NCBI GenBank assembly: GCA_965242925.1
Contig: CBDEUM010000018.1
Span: 1 to 64,000 of the forward strand
Direction: 5' to 3'
DNA from: Roseibacillus sp.
GTDB taxonomy: Bacteria; Verrucomicrobiota; Verrucomicrobiia; Verrucomicrobiales; Akkermansiaceae
Length of the DNA stretch: 64,000 nt
This document shows positions 9,510 to 19,341 of the stretch, piece by piece. Position 1 is the first letter of the stretch. Each line of letters begins with the position of its first letter. The position numbers and the translations under genes are program-made. Below the pieces are notes generated by a model. It saw only the letters and a program-made list of their open reading frames with translations. It ran no database searches and was not told the DNA's origin.

Positions 9510-11540
9510 CTAGAATCCGGTCTCACGCTTTTCCAGCCACCCGGTTACCACCTTGGCCCATACCCGGTAGCCGGCGGGGTTGAGGTGGAGACCATCCTTC
9601 TCGAAGAGTTCCCTGATCAGCTTCCCGTCCGGGCCGAGCATCGGGCTGGCAATGTCGAGGTAGTGAAGGTTGCCATGGGCCTGTGACAGGTCGTGGATCA
9701 TCTCGTTAGACCGTTTCATTTCCGGCCAGAGATGCCATCGTTTGATGCTGGGCTTGATGGCGATGAAGGCAAACTGTGCTGCAGGTATCTTGTTGCGAAC
9801 GAGCTGAGCGAAGGCCTGGTAGTCGGCGACAACCTGTTCCGCAGTCTTGTTGCGGCTGATATCATTGTCCCCGGCGTAGAGGAAAATAATCCGGGGGTGG
9901 TAGGGCAGAACGATACGATCGAAATACCTGATGGCGTCCGATAATTCGGATCCTCCGAATCCACGGTTGATTGTGAAATGGTCGGGAAAGGATCTGGAGA
10001 GATCCCACTTTCGAATACTGGAGCTGCCCAGGAAGAGGATAGAATTCTCTGGCGGAGGAGCTTCCCTGTCTGCCTCCTCGAAGGCCTTGATTGAAGGTTC
10101 CCAGTTCTTGGGCGTGGTGTGTTCTCGTGCGATTGTCTCCCGGAGTTGTTCCTGCGGGCCGTGGTGGCCTTCAGCAGCCATGAGATTACACAGGAGTCTG
10201 GCACTCGGCTTGGAGACGTGGGCATCACCGGGCCAGAGACCCCCGTCCCAGCGGAGCGACTGTCCGTGGTGGAAGCCAAGGGTGGCCACCAGCTTGTTCC
10301 CCTCGTAGAATTCGAGGCAGGGGTCGCCGTAACACATGCAGTGGAACCCGGAGCGTTCCTGGTTGATCGTGATGCGATTGATGAGGTTTTGAATCTTTAC
10401 CCCATCCTTGATCTCAAAGAGCGTTGCTCCGTCTTTGCTTTCCCGGTGAGAGGTTCCCCCGCTGCGCACGCGCAGGTGATTGACTCTGGCGAGTTTGGAG
10501 CGGAGGGAGTCCTCCCACGAGGTATGCACCGTGCAGCCAGGCACGGTTTTCCGCAGGGCATCAGTCTGGTCGTTCCGGGTTGCTACCGGGGTGGCGAGGA
10601 GACGGACGTCGCGGAGCTTGGGCAACTTCTTGCCGTCGGGGAGATATTCGACCAGGGAACCGGTGGCGGAGAGAAGGCGGAGTTGGGGGCAGTGTGCGAG
10701 CAAGCGCAGGTCGGCGACGGCCGTGGAGTCGATCTTGAAGACCCGTAGTTCGGGTAGGGAAGTGACAAAGGCAATCGAGTTGAGTTCCTCGGTCCTCCGG
10801 ATCTTGAGGAAGCGGAGCTTGCTGAGGTCAGCAAGTTTCCCGGTGTTCCGGACGGATCCGCCGGAGATGCTGAGGTTAAGAAGTCCGGCATTAGCGCCGA
10901 GGGAGGAGAGGTCAAGGACCTGGTCGAAGAGGCGCAGATCGAGGAAGCGCAGGTCCCTCGTCCCCTGCAGGCTGGTCAGCTTGTCCAAGCCGGTGACCCC
11001 CTCGCACTGGACGGAAAGATAGCGCAAGCCGGCAGGGAGGGCAGGGAGGGCGCGGTTCTCGCTGCCGTTATAACCGTAGTCAAGGCCCAGGGCAGTTGCG
11101 CTCCAGTCTACGCCCTTTGCCCTGAGGATGGGCTCCCATTTCAATGGTTCGCCATCGATCAGAATACCCCAGAGCCGGGAGCGCTCTTGCGGTGTCATGG
11201 TAGAGAGGGGATTGATCAGGGGTGGGTTGCCATCGAGTTCACCCTGCGGTTGCGTAATGCAAACACCCACGCAGTGGGATGCTCCCCCGTCAATCCGGCA
11301 GAAGAGCTTGGCCTTGCCCTTGCTGCCGAAGTGAAACTGGTAGTGTCCGGGAGCATGCAGAACAAAGGGGAAGTTTCCAACGCGTCCAATGTCACCAGGA
11401 GTATAGTCGCCCTTGCGGGTTCCCAGGACAGGAAGAATCTTCGGGTCAAAGTCCCTGCCTTCCAATGAGAACCGATAGGATGCAGCGGACAGAAGGGTGC
11501 TCCCGAGCACGAAGGCCAGCAGGGTGAGGCGCGGGATCAT
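9510..11540 (-). CDS. Exported LRR + HCMCxG domain + SGNH/GDSL esterase fusion protein
   Basis: Signal peptide; LxxLxxLxxLxL repeats; C-terminal FLGSSSI / NRGFGGS / YAGDND / DGLH SGNH blocks. Confidence 0.8.
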   Translation of the reverse strand: MIPRLTLLAFVLGSTLLSAASYRFSLEGRDFDPKILPVLGTRKGDYTPGDIGRVGNFPFVLHAPGHYQFHFGSKGKAKLFCRIDGGASHCVGVCITQPQGELDGNPPLINPLSTMTPQERSRLWGILIDGEPLKWEPILRAKGVDWSATALGLDYGYNGSENRALPALPAGLRYLSVQCEGVTGLDKLTSLQGTRDLRFLDLRLFDQVLDLSSLGANAGLLNLSISGGSVRNTGKLADLSKLRFLKIRRTEELNSIAFVTSLPELRVFKIDSTAVADLRLLAHCPQLRLLSATGSLVEYLPDGKKLPKLRDVRLLATPVATRNDQTDALRKTVPGCTVHTSWEDSLRSKLARVNHLRVRSGGTSHRESKDGATLFEIKDGVKIQNLINRITINQERSGFHCMCYGDPCLEFYEGNKLVATLGFHHGQSLRWDGGLWPGDAHVSKPSARLLCNLMAAEGHHGPQEQLRETIAREHTTPKNWEPSIKAFEEADREAPPPENSILFLGSSSIRKWDLSRSFPDHFTINRGFGGSELSDAIRYFDRIVLPYHPRIIFLYAGDNDISRNKTAEQVVADYQAFAQLVRNKIPAAQFAFIAIKPSIKRWHLWPEMKRSNEMIHDLSQAHGNLHYLDIASPMLGPDGKLIRELFEKDGLHLNPAGYRVWAKVVTGWLEKRETGF

Positions 11541-11548
11541 GGCAGGGC

Positions 11549-11577
11549 AGTTTCACGCCACAGGAATGCAGTGTCAA
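11549..11577 (-). promoter_or_regulatory. Sigma70-type promoter, probably leaderless
   Basis: TTGACA (11577-72), 17 nt, GAAACT (11554-49), 8 nt, ATG 11540. Confidence 0.55.
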
Positions 11578-11641
11578 GTTGGGTGCAGGGGTCGACCTGC
11601 ACGGGGATTCCGGAAGGGAATGAGGAGGGGAAAGAGTTGTC

Positions 11642-12820
11642 CTACAGGAGCCTCGCTCCCTGCACCGGACGGGTGGCAAAGAGCTGTGGTGTATGGCCGG
11701 ATTCCGCTTCATAGGCCACGGAGAGGCGGGTCGCGATCTCGCGGAGTTGTTCGCCCCGGCAGAGGGTGACGGTGGAGCCCCCGAAGCCGCCGCCGGTCAT
11801 GCGTGAACCGAGGACCCCGCCTTCAAAACCGATTTCGTTGGCGATTCCGACCATGAGGTCGAGTTCCCCGCAGGACACCTCGAAGTCGTCCCGGAGCGAC
11901 TGGTGAGAGGCAGCCATATGCGGCCCGAGGGCGGCATAGTTGTCCTTGCGCAGTTCCTCGGCAGCTTCTGCTGTCCGCTTGATTTCGGTCACGACGTGCC
12001 TTGCACGGCGGAAAAGAACGTCACCGAGTTCACCTTTTTGCGACACCAGGTCGTGAGAGGCTACTTCCCGCCAGCTTGACTTCCCCAGTAAGGCCAGTGC
12101 CCGTTCGGTATCTTCCCGGCGTGCCCGGTACTCCCCGTCAGCCAGTTTGTGTCGGACCATGGTGTTGGCCACCAGGACACTGAGATCACTGGAGTGAAAG
12201 GGAACCAGTGCGGGGTCCTGCGACTGGCAGTCGATGAGGACGAGATTGTCCTGTTGGCCGAAGGCGGAGACGAACTGGTCCATGATGCCACAGGGCACGC
12301 CCGCAAAGTCGTGTTCCGCTTTCTGGCAGAGGAGGGCTTTCTCACGGGTGTCGAGGACGGTGTCGACAAAGCCTTCCACGATGGTGGCAAAGGCCAGCTC
12401 AAGGGCAGCGGAGGAGGAGAGGCCCCCGCCGATGGGCAGGTTGCTGACGATGACGGCGTTGAATCCTGGTACGGGCCAGCTTCCGCGGAGGCGGAAGCCC
12501 TCCAGGACGCCCCGCAGGTAGTTGGTCCAGGGTGGCGTTGCCGGGACCTGAGGGCCTTCCAGGGAGATAACGGTTTCCTCTTCTCCCGTCGTGCGCACCC
12601 GGGCCACACCGGAGTTGTTGAGGGCGGCTGCAATAACGATGTGCCGGTCGATAGCGAGGGGCAGCACGAAGCCATCACAGTAGTCGATGTGTTCGCCGAT
12701 CAGGTTGACCCGTCCCGGGGCGGCGGCGAGCAGGGAGGGTTCCTGCTGGTAGTAGTGTCTGAGATGGGTCCGTGCGTCGGCGGAGAGGTCGGCGAGGGAT
12801 TCGTTTGCTTGGAGGGGCAT
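11642..12820 (-). CDS. galK: Galactokinase
   Basis: APGRVNLIGEHIDY, PIGGGLSSSAA, CGIMDQ, GSRMTGGGFGG motifs. Confidence 0.96.
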   Translation of the reverse strand: MPLQANESLADLSADARTHLRHYYQQEPSLLAAAPGRVNLIGEHIDYCDGFVLPLAIDRHIVIAAALNNSGVARVRTTGEEETVISLEGPQVPATPPWTNYLRGVLEGFRLRGSWPVPGFNAVIVSNLPIGGGLSSSAALELAFATIVEGFVDTVLDTREKALLCQKAEHDFAGVPCGIMDQFVSAFGQQDNLVLIDCQSQDPALVPFHSSDLSVLVANTMVRHKLADGEYRARREDTERALALLGKSSWREVASHDLVSQKGELGDVLFRRARHVVTEIKRTAEAAEELRKDNYAALGPHMAASHQSLRDDFEVSCGELDLMVGIANEIGFEGGVLGSRMTGGGFGGSTVTLCRGEQLREIATRLSVAYEAESGHTPQLFATRPVQGARLL

Positions 12821-12907
12821 CGAGATCCTGCTGGTAGGACAGGGGTTCTGGCGTCCGGATTTCTGGCCGGCAAGGAGAAGCAGCGGAGGGTTGCCCGCGG
12901 GCTTTTC

Positions 12908-14572
12908 CTAGAAGGCGAAGGCTGCGTAGAGGACGAAGACGAGGACGAGAAGTCCCGCTCCCACCTTCTTCGCATGTATCCAGGGAGTCAGGTCGACCGC
13001 CTGGGCGTCGCGTTGGACGTAGATCTCCGGGCGTTGCATGGTCCGGCCAAGGAGGAACTGCAGGATGAGGCAGCCGGCGAAGACCGCGCCCATGTAATGG
13101 AATCCGGACTGGAAGATGTCGGCCTTCCAGCCTCCGGAGACGATTTCACCTGCGGCATCGGTGACTGGCTTGCCGGGGAAGAATGTTCCGATGATCATGG
13201 CGCAGAGGCCTGTGAGAATGGTGATGAGGGCGCTCCTGCCGTCGGCTCGTCGGTTGAAGAGGCCGAAGAGCATGATGGCCAGGATGGGAATGAAATAGAT
13301 GCCGTTGAGTTCCTGGAAGACATTGAAGAGACCCTCCTGCCCGTAGAAGACGAGGGGAGCAGCGAAGACCGACAGGGCTGCCACCACCGCACTGCAGACC
13401 CGGCCGGAGAGGACGAGCTGGTGTTGGCTGGCAGCGGGTTTGAGGATTTTCTTGTAGACCCCGAGGGAGAAGAGGGTGGCGCTGGAGTTCAGGACGGAGT
13501 TGAAGGTGGAGAGAATGGAGCCCACGACGACGGCGGCAAAGAAGCCGGTGAGCCACCCGGGGAGGACTTCCCGGACCAACTTGCCGTAGACCGCACCGTC
13601 GTCGCCGAGCATGGCCTGGGCTTCGGCGTGGCCGAGCCTGTTGGTGAAGACCTGGTAGGCGAGGAGGCCGGGAACGACCAGGATGAGGGGGGCGAGGATC
13701 TTGAAGAAGGAGGCGAGCAGGACACCCTTCTGACCCTCCGCGAGGCTTTTGGCTGCGAAGGTGCGCTGGATGATCTGCTGGTTGGTGGTCCAGTAGAAGA
13801 AATTGAGAAGGAGGACGCCGGTGAAGAGGGTAGTCCAGTGAACGGGGTGCCCCTCGCTGGTGGCGATGCTCTTCAGATTCTCGGGTTTGTCAGCCTTGAG
13901 CTGGGCGAAAGCATCGGCGAAGGAGCCGTCGCCTTTGGCGGCGAGGAAGGCGAAAAAGGTGATCATGAGACCGCCGATGAGCAGGCCGACCCCGTTAAAG
14001 GTATCGGAGACGGCCACCGCACGCATGCCGCCGAAGATGGCGTAGGCTGATCCCACTACTCCGATGAAGATGACAATGGCCCAGATCGTCTGGATCTCGC
14101 TCCAGCCGAGCATTCCCTCAAGGTTGAGCATTCCGTTCAAACCCTTGGCCCCGAGGAAGAGCACAAAGGGCAGAAGGATCAGCATGTAGGCGATAATGAA
14201 GACAAAAGTGGTGATGGCGCGGACCCCACCTCCGTAGCGTTCTTCAAGGAACTGTGGGACGGTGGCGATCCCGGATTTGAGGTAGCGCGGAAGGAAGAAG
14301 AGGGCGAGGATCACCAGGGAGGCTCCCGCGATGACTTCCCAGCACATGACCGCCAGTCCATTGACGTAGGCGCCCCCATTGAGACCGACGAGTTGCTCGG
14401 TGGAGAGGTTGGTCAGGAGGAGGGATCCGGCGATGATCACTCCGGTGAGGCTGCGACCGGCGAGGAAGTAGCCCTCCTCGGTGTCCTCGAGGCGGCCACG
14501 GGTGAGGCGCCAGGTCAGGAAGGCCACCAGAGCGGTGAAGAAGAGGAAGGAGATGACAGTGGGAGCGTCCAT
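12908..14572 (-). CDS. Sodium:solute symporter (SSS, YidK/vSGLT-like), probably for galactose or another sugar
   Basis: GYFLAGRSL, LTNLSTEQLVG, GGMRAVAVSD, YWTTNQQIIQR; many TM helices; lies between galM and galK. Confidence 0.92.
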   Translation of the reverse strand: MDAPTVISFLFFTALVAFLTWRLTRGRLEDTEEGYFLAGRSLTGVIIAGSLLLTNLSTEQLVGLNGGAYVNGLAVMCWEVIAGASLVILALFFLPRYLKSGIATVPQFLEERYGGGVRAITTFVFIIAYMLILLPFVLFLGAKGLNGMLNLEGMLGWSEIQTIWAIVIFIGVVGSAYAIFGGMRAVAVSDTFNGVGLLIGGLMITFFAFLAAKGDGSFADAFAQLKADKPENLKSIATSEGHPVHWTTLFTGVLLLNFFYWTTNQQIIQRTFAAKSLAEGQKGVLLASFFKILAPLILVVPGLLAYQVFTNRLGHAEAQAMLGDDGAVYGKLVREVLPGWLTGFFAAVVVGSILSTFNSVLNSSATLFSLGVYKKILKPAASQHQLVLSGRVCSAVVAALSVFAAPLVFYGQEGLFNVFQELNGIYFIPILAIMLFGLFNRRADGRSALITILTGLCAMIIGTFFPGKPVTDAAGEIVSGGWKADIFQSGFHYMGAVFAGCLILQFLLGRTMQRPEIYVQRDAQAVDLTPWIHAKKVGAGLLVLVFVLYAAFAF

Positions 14573-14672
14573 CGCAGGGGCGGCTCAGGTTTTGACTGGG
14601 AGGAGAGAAGCGAGGGGCCGCAGTTGGCGGTCCCTCGTTTTGCTAGTGACGATCGACAGGGCGAACCAGTCG

Positions 14673-15830
14673 TTACCACGAAAACTTGCTCACCATGGTG
14701 TGGGTGTAGGTTTCCCCCGGGTTGAGGATGCAACTGGGGAAGGCGGGATTGTCCTGCTTGTTGGGAGAATCCGGGAAAACCTGAGTCTCAAGGCAGCAGG
14801 CGGTGCGATGCCCGTATTTCACCCCGCCCTTGCCGGAGGTTTCTCCGTCGAGGAAGTTGCCACCGTAGAACTGGACACCCGGTTGATCGGTCTGGAGTTT
14901 CATGGTGCGCCGGGTCTTGGGGTCCCTGAGCGTAGCCGCCAGGCGCATGCCTTTCCCATCGACGACCCAGCAGTGGTCGTAGCCCTTGCCGAACTGGAGA
15001 GGAATGCTGGCAGCCTCGATGCGTTCACCGATGACGGTAGCGGTGTTGAAGTCGAAGGGAGTGTCCACCACTTCGGCAAGATTGCCGTCGGGAATGAGGT
15101 CCTTGTCGGTGGTCAGGAAATACTTGGCCGGGATGGTGAGGATGTGATCGTTGATGGAAGTGGCCGGATCGCCGCTGAGGTTCCAGTAGGCGTGCTGCAC
15201 GATATTGACCGGGGTGGCCTTGTCGGTGGTGGCCTCGCAAACCCACTTGAGCTCGTTGCTGTCGTTCAGGGTGTAGGTCACGGTGACCTGCAGGGTGCCG
15301 GGATAGCCTTCCTCTCCGTCCTTAGATGTGTAAGTGAGCTTGACTCCACCGTCGATGGCTTCGCCCTTCCAGAGCACCTTGTCGAAACCCTTTTTCCCTC
15401 CGTGGAGGTGATTGGGACCGTTGTTGACGGCAAGTTGGTCATAGACCTGACCGTCGATTTCGAATTTTCCCCCGGCGATGCGGTTGCCGTAGCGGCCCAC
15501 GGTGGCGCCGAAGTAGGAGCTGTTGGTGAGCCAGCCGGCGAGGTTGTCGTAGCCGTGGGTGACATCCTTGACGGTGCCGTCCTTGTCGGGCACCTCCAAG
15601 CTGGTGAGGATGGCGCCATACTCGGTGACCCTGGCGATCATCCCGTTCTTGTTGCTGAAGGTGAAGATCTTCACTTCAGTGTCATCGTCGAGTTTGCCGT
15701 AGACTTCCACTTGGGTTTCGTTGCTTTTGTTGGAACCGGAGTTCTTTCCATTCCCGTCGTTGTTGTCCCTGCCTCCACATGCGGAGAGGAGAAGGCTGAC
15801 GAGGGAGAGAGATGCGATCGTATATTTCAT
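14673..15830 (-). CDS. galM: Aldose 1-epimerase (mutarotase) with lipoprotein signal
   Basis: YFGATVGRYGNRI, NHLHGG, GYPG, HAYWNL, GYDH, CLETQ..PDSPN; N-terminus MKYTIASLSLVSLLLSAC (lipobox LSAC). Confidence 0.92.
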   Translation of the reverse strand: MKYTIASLSLVSLLLSACGGRDNNDGNGKNSGSNKSNETQVEVYGKLDDDTEVKIFTFSNKNGMIARVTEYGAILTSLEVPDKDGTVKDVTHGYDNLAGWLTNSSYFGATVGRYGNRIAGGKFEIDGQVYDQLAVNNGPNHLHGGKKGFDKVLWKGEAIDGGVKLTYTSKDGEEGYPGTLQVTVTYTLNDSNELKWVCEATTDKATPVNIVQHAYWNLSGDPATSINDHILTIPAKYFLTTDKDLIPDGNLAEVVDTPFDFNTATVIGERIEAASIPLQFGKGYDHCWVVDGKGMRLAATLRDPKTRRTMKLQTDQPGVQFYGGNFLDGETSGKGGVKYGHRTACCLETQVFPDSPNKQDNPAFPSCILNPGETYTHTMVSKFSW

Positions 15831-16124
15831 TCTCATGACGAGTTTCGAAGAGCGGACAAAATGCATGGGCCGGGGTCAATGGGTTATTGGTTAAGCGATA
15901 TTAGGGAACAGGGGCGTTAAGGTGTGATCTCGCTGAAATTCATGCAGCAGGGAGCGAAATTGTTCACTCTGGGACGGTCAGGCGCCGGAGGGGAATCGGT
16001 TGGATGTATTGGGTTCAGGGCAATGGGCCGGCCAATCTTGCGGGGCTGCAGTGATGCGAAAGGGGGACCTTCCGGGGAGGAGGAGCTTGAATTGCGAGGC
16101 AGGGTGCGGTCCCTTGGCGGGGCC

Positions 16125-17582
16125 ATGAAGTTCGTGCTCGCGCTCGACCAGGGGACTACAAGTTCGCGAACGATCCTCTTCGATGAAACCGGGAAGGCTG
16201 TAGACTCGGCGCAGAGGGAATTCACCCAGCATTACCCGCAACCGGGATGGGTGGAGCACGATGCGGACGAGATCTGGGCCTCGCAGGAGATGACTCTGGC
16301 GGAAGTTCTGTCCCGATCCGACCGGCGGTCGATCGTCGGCCTGGGGATCTCCAACCAGCGCGAGACCACGGTGGTCTGGGACGCAGCAAGCGGAGAGGCG
16401 GTCTGCAATGCGATCGTGTGGCAGGATCGGAGAACCGCGGAACGTTGCGCACGCCTGAAGGAGGCGGGCCGGGAGGCAGAGGTGACAGCGAGGACCGGAC
16501 TGCGGCTCGATCCCTACTTCAGTGCGAGCAAGGTGGAGTGGATTCTTGATCACGTGGAGGGGGCGCGGGACAAGGCGGAAGCGGGACGGCTGCGCTTTGG
16601 AACGATTGACTCATGGCTTGTCTGGAAACTGACGGGGGGCGCTGTCCACGTGACGGATGTGTCTAATGCCTCGCGGACGAATCTCTTCAACATCCACAGC
16701 CTTGACTGGGACGACGCCCTGCTGGAGATCTTCAGGGTTCCCCGTTCGATGTTGCCCGGGGTGGTGGACTCCAGTGCAGTGGTGGGTGAATGGGGCGGCA
16801 TCCCCATCGCGGGGATGGCGGGTGATCAACAGGCGGCTCTCTTTGGGCAGGCCTGCTTCGATCCCGGGATGGCGAAAAACACCTACGGGACCGGCTGCTT
16901 CCTTCTGATGAACACCGGAAGCGAGGCGGTGAGTTCACGCAATGGCCTGCTCACCACGGTCGGCTGGCGGATTGGTGGAGAGGTGAGTTATGCGTTGGAA
17001 GGCTCCGTTTTCATCGGGGGAGCCCTCTGCCAGTGGTTCCGGGACGAAATCCAGATGGTATCGAGTGCACCGGAGCTGGACGAACTGGCAGCCACTGTTC
17101 CTGACAGTGGGGGTTGTGTAGTGGTGCCTGCCTTCACCGGGCTGGGTGCGCCGCACTGGGATCCCTATGCGCGGGGAGCGGTGTTCGGGCTCACCCGCGG
17201 CACCTCCAGGGCTCACCTCTGCCGGGCGTCTCTCGAAGCAGTGGCCCTGCAGTCGGTTGAGTTACTGGAGTGCATGGAGAAGGACTCGGGGGTGGAATTG
17301 GTGGAACTGCGGGTCGATGGCGGGGCTGCACGCAGTAACCTTCTCATGCAGATCCAGAGCGATTTCCTGCAACGGCGGGTGGTGCGGCCGAGTAATATTG
17401 AAACCACCGCCTTGGGGGCAGCGGCTTTGGCTGGTCTGGCGGTCGGAGTCTGGAAGGACCAGGGGGAGTTCAGGGAGCGATGGGGAGTGGACCGGCGTTT
17501 CGAACCGGTTGAGGGAGATTATGCCGGGATCAGGGCGCGCTGGGATCGGGCGGTGGAACGCGTCAAGGGCTGGGAGGGCTAG
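16125..17582 (+). CDS. glpK: Glycerol kinase
   Basis: [56 protein letters not shown]. Start moved to ATG 16125. Confidence 0.96.
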   Translation: MKFVLALDQGTTSSRTILFDETGKAVDSAQREFTQHYPQPGWVEHDADEIWASQEMTLAEVLSRSDRRSIVGLGISNQRETTVVWDAASGEAVCNAIVWQDRRTAERCARLKEAGREAEVTARTGLRLDPYFSASKVEWILDHVEGARDKAEAGRLRFGTIDSWLVWKLTGGAVHVTDVSNASRTNLFNIHSLDWDDALLEIFRVPRSMLPGVVDSSAVVGEWGGIPIAGMAGDQQAALFGQACFDPGMAKNTYGTGCFLLMNTGSEAVSSRNGLLTTVGWRIGGEVSYALEGSVFIGGALCQWFRDEIQMVSSAPELDELAATVPDSGGCVVVPAFTGLGAPHWDPYARGAVFGLTRGTSRAHLCRASLEAVALQSVELLECMEKDSGVELVELRVDGGAARSNLLMQIQSDFLQRRVVRPSNIETTALGAAALAGLAVGVWKDQGEFRERWGVDRRFEPVEGDYAGIRARWDRAVERVKGWEG

Positions 17583-17597
17583 ACGGGCTCCCCATGA

Positions 17598-19119
17598 TCA
17601 CTCCTTCCGTTTCAACTGGGGAAAGAGGACGACATCCCGGATGGTGGGCGCACCGGTGAGCAGCATGATGAGGCGGTCGATGCCGATGCCGATGCCGCCC
17701 GCGGGTGGCATGCCGTGCTCAAGGGTCTCCACGAAGTCGTGGTCGATCTCCTGCGCCTCTCCACCGCTCTGTTCCTCGAAGCGGGCGCGCTGCACGTCGG
17801 GATCATTGAGTTCTGAGTAGCCCGGGGAGATCTCCTGTCCGTTGATGATGAGTTCGTAGACGTCAATGACCTCCGGATTGTCGGGATTGAGTTTGGCGAG
17901 AGGAATGAGCTTGGCATCGACGTGAGTGACGTAGCAGGGGTCGAAGGTGTGTTCTTCGACCAGCTTTTCGAAGACCTGTTGAGTAACTTCATAGTCCTCG
18001 AGACCGGTTCCGATTTCGAGGTTGAAGTCGTCCTGTGCGCGGGTGCGGCGCTCCTCGGGGGAGAGGTCGAACCAGTCCTCCCCGGCGGCCTCGATGATGA
18101 GCTCGCGGTAGGGGCGGCGTTTCCAGGGACGGGAGAGATCGATGGTTCGCACGACCTCACCTTCCTCGTTCCGATGTTCGATCTGGAGGGTGCCGAAGAA
18201 CTTTTCGGCCAGGGAGCAGACAAGTTCCTCCACCAACTCGGCCATTTTCTCAAAGTCGGCGCAGGCCCAATAGGCTTCCAGCATGGTGAACTCGGGATTG
18301 TGCCGGCGGGAGATGCCCTCGTTGCGGAAATTGCGGTTCAGCTCGAAAATCTTGGTGAATCCACCTACCAGCAGGCGCTTGAGATAGAGTTCGGGTGCAA
18401 TGCGCAGGGTGAGGGGCATGTTGAGCGCGTTGTGGTGTGTTTCGAAGGGACGGGCCGCGGCGCCGCCCGCCACGTCCTGCAACATGGGCGTCTCGACTTC
18501 CAGGAAGCCCCGTTCGTGGAAGAAGTTCCGGATCTCGGCCAGGATCCGGGAACGTAACACGAAGAGATCTGCGCTGGGCTGGTTGGCCATGAGATCGAGA
18601 TGCCGCTTGCGGTACTTGATCTCGCGATCTGCCACTCCGTGCCACTTGTCGGGCATGGGGCGCAGGGCTTTGGCAAGCACGCGCAAGGAGTCCACCTTCA
18701 CGGTGGGCTCGCCCTTGCCGGTAGTGAAGGTCGTCCCTTCGATCCCGATCCAGTCACCGCGGTCGAGCAGGTGCCAGACGTCCCAGTCGTGCTCGGAAAC
18801 GCCCTTTTTGTTCAGGTAGCCCTGGATCCGGCCTTCGACGTCCCCGACGACGAAAAAGATCGATTTTCCCATGTCCCGGATGGCGAGAAGGCGTCCCGCC
18901 AGCCTGACCGGGCGATCGTCCGAAAAGTTATTCTGGAGTTCGGCAGCCGTGGTATCTGTTTCAAAGCGGCCCCCGAAGGGATCGATGCCGAGTTTCGCGC
19001 AATCTGGCGCCAGCTCGCGCAATCTGGCCAGCTTCTCGCGGCGAATGGCGATGAGCTCTGCCTCGGTGGATCCTGGCTCCGTGCTATTGGGCGGGGGGGA
19101 GGAATCGTCAGCGAGTCAT
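17598..19119 (-). CDS. lysS: Lysine--tRNA ligase (class II); 5' end has a 1-nt frame disruption and a tandem duplication in this sequence
   Basis: OB-fold N-terminus, GFLEVETP, GGAAARPF, LRIAPELYLKRL, FRNEG..RHNPEFT, GMPPAGGIGIGIDR. The reading frame continues upstream of TTG 19022 to 19115 (..ELIAIRREKLARL); ATG 19119 is 1 nt out of frame. Confidence 0.95.
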
Positions 19120-19341
19120 GAACGAAAATGGATTCTGGTCCGGGAGAGGATGAGTCTTCTTGTAAACCCGGGGTCGTGGAAGGCTGGGAGGGCTCGGGGG
19201 GTAAGCTTCACTGCGCTCGTGGAGCCAGTAACCAAGGTTTTCTGCTCCGGGATGCGTTTTGGCGAGGGCGAAAAGGGTGCTTCCCTGAAAAAATGAGAAG
19301 AGGAATTCCGGGATTCGGGGATTCCGGAGGAGGAAGAATGC

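Noticed and set aside
12149..14050. Long antisense ORFs (633 aa here; also 14481-15920, 19372-20817, 35722-37206, 45725-47578, 48714-50192, 59289-61085, 61707-63830)
   Set aside because: They lie opposite well-supported genes, have no motifs and show the V/G/E/D/H-rich composition typical of shadow frames in high-GC coding DNA.
15924..16124. N-terminal extensions in the ORF track (glpK from 15924; also 3728, 15866, 23952, 32446, 35717, 57631)
   Set aside because: Family homology, signal peptides or stop/start overlaps begin at downstream starts; the extensions cross promoter regions or neighbouring genes.
17678..17695. (CGATGC)x3 microsatellite in lysS
   Set aside because: It simply encodes the conserved GIGIGID of class II synthetase motif 3.
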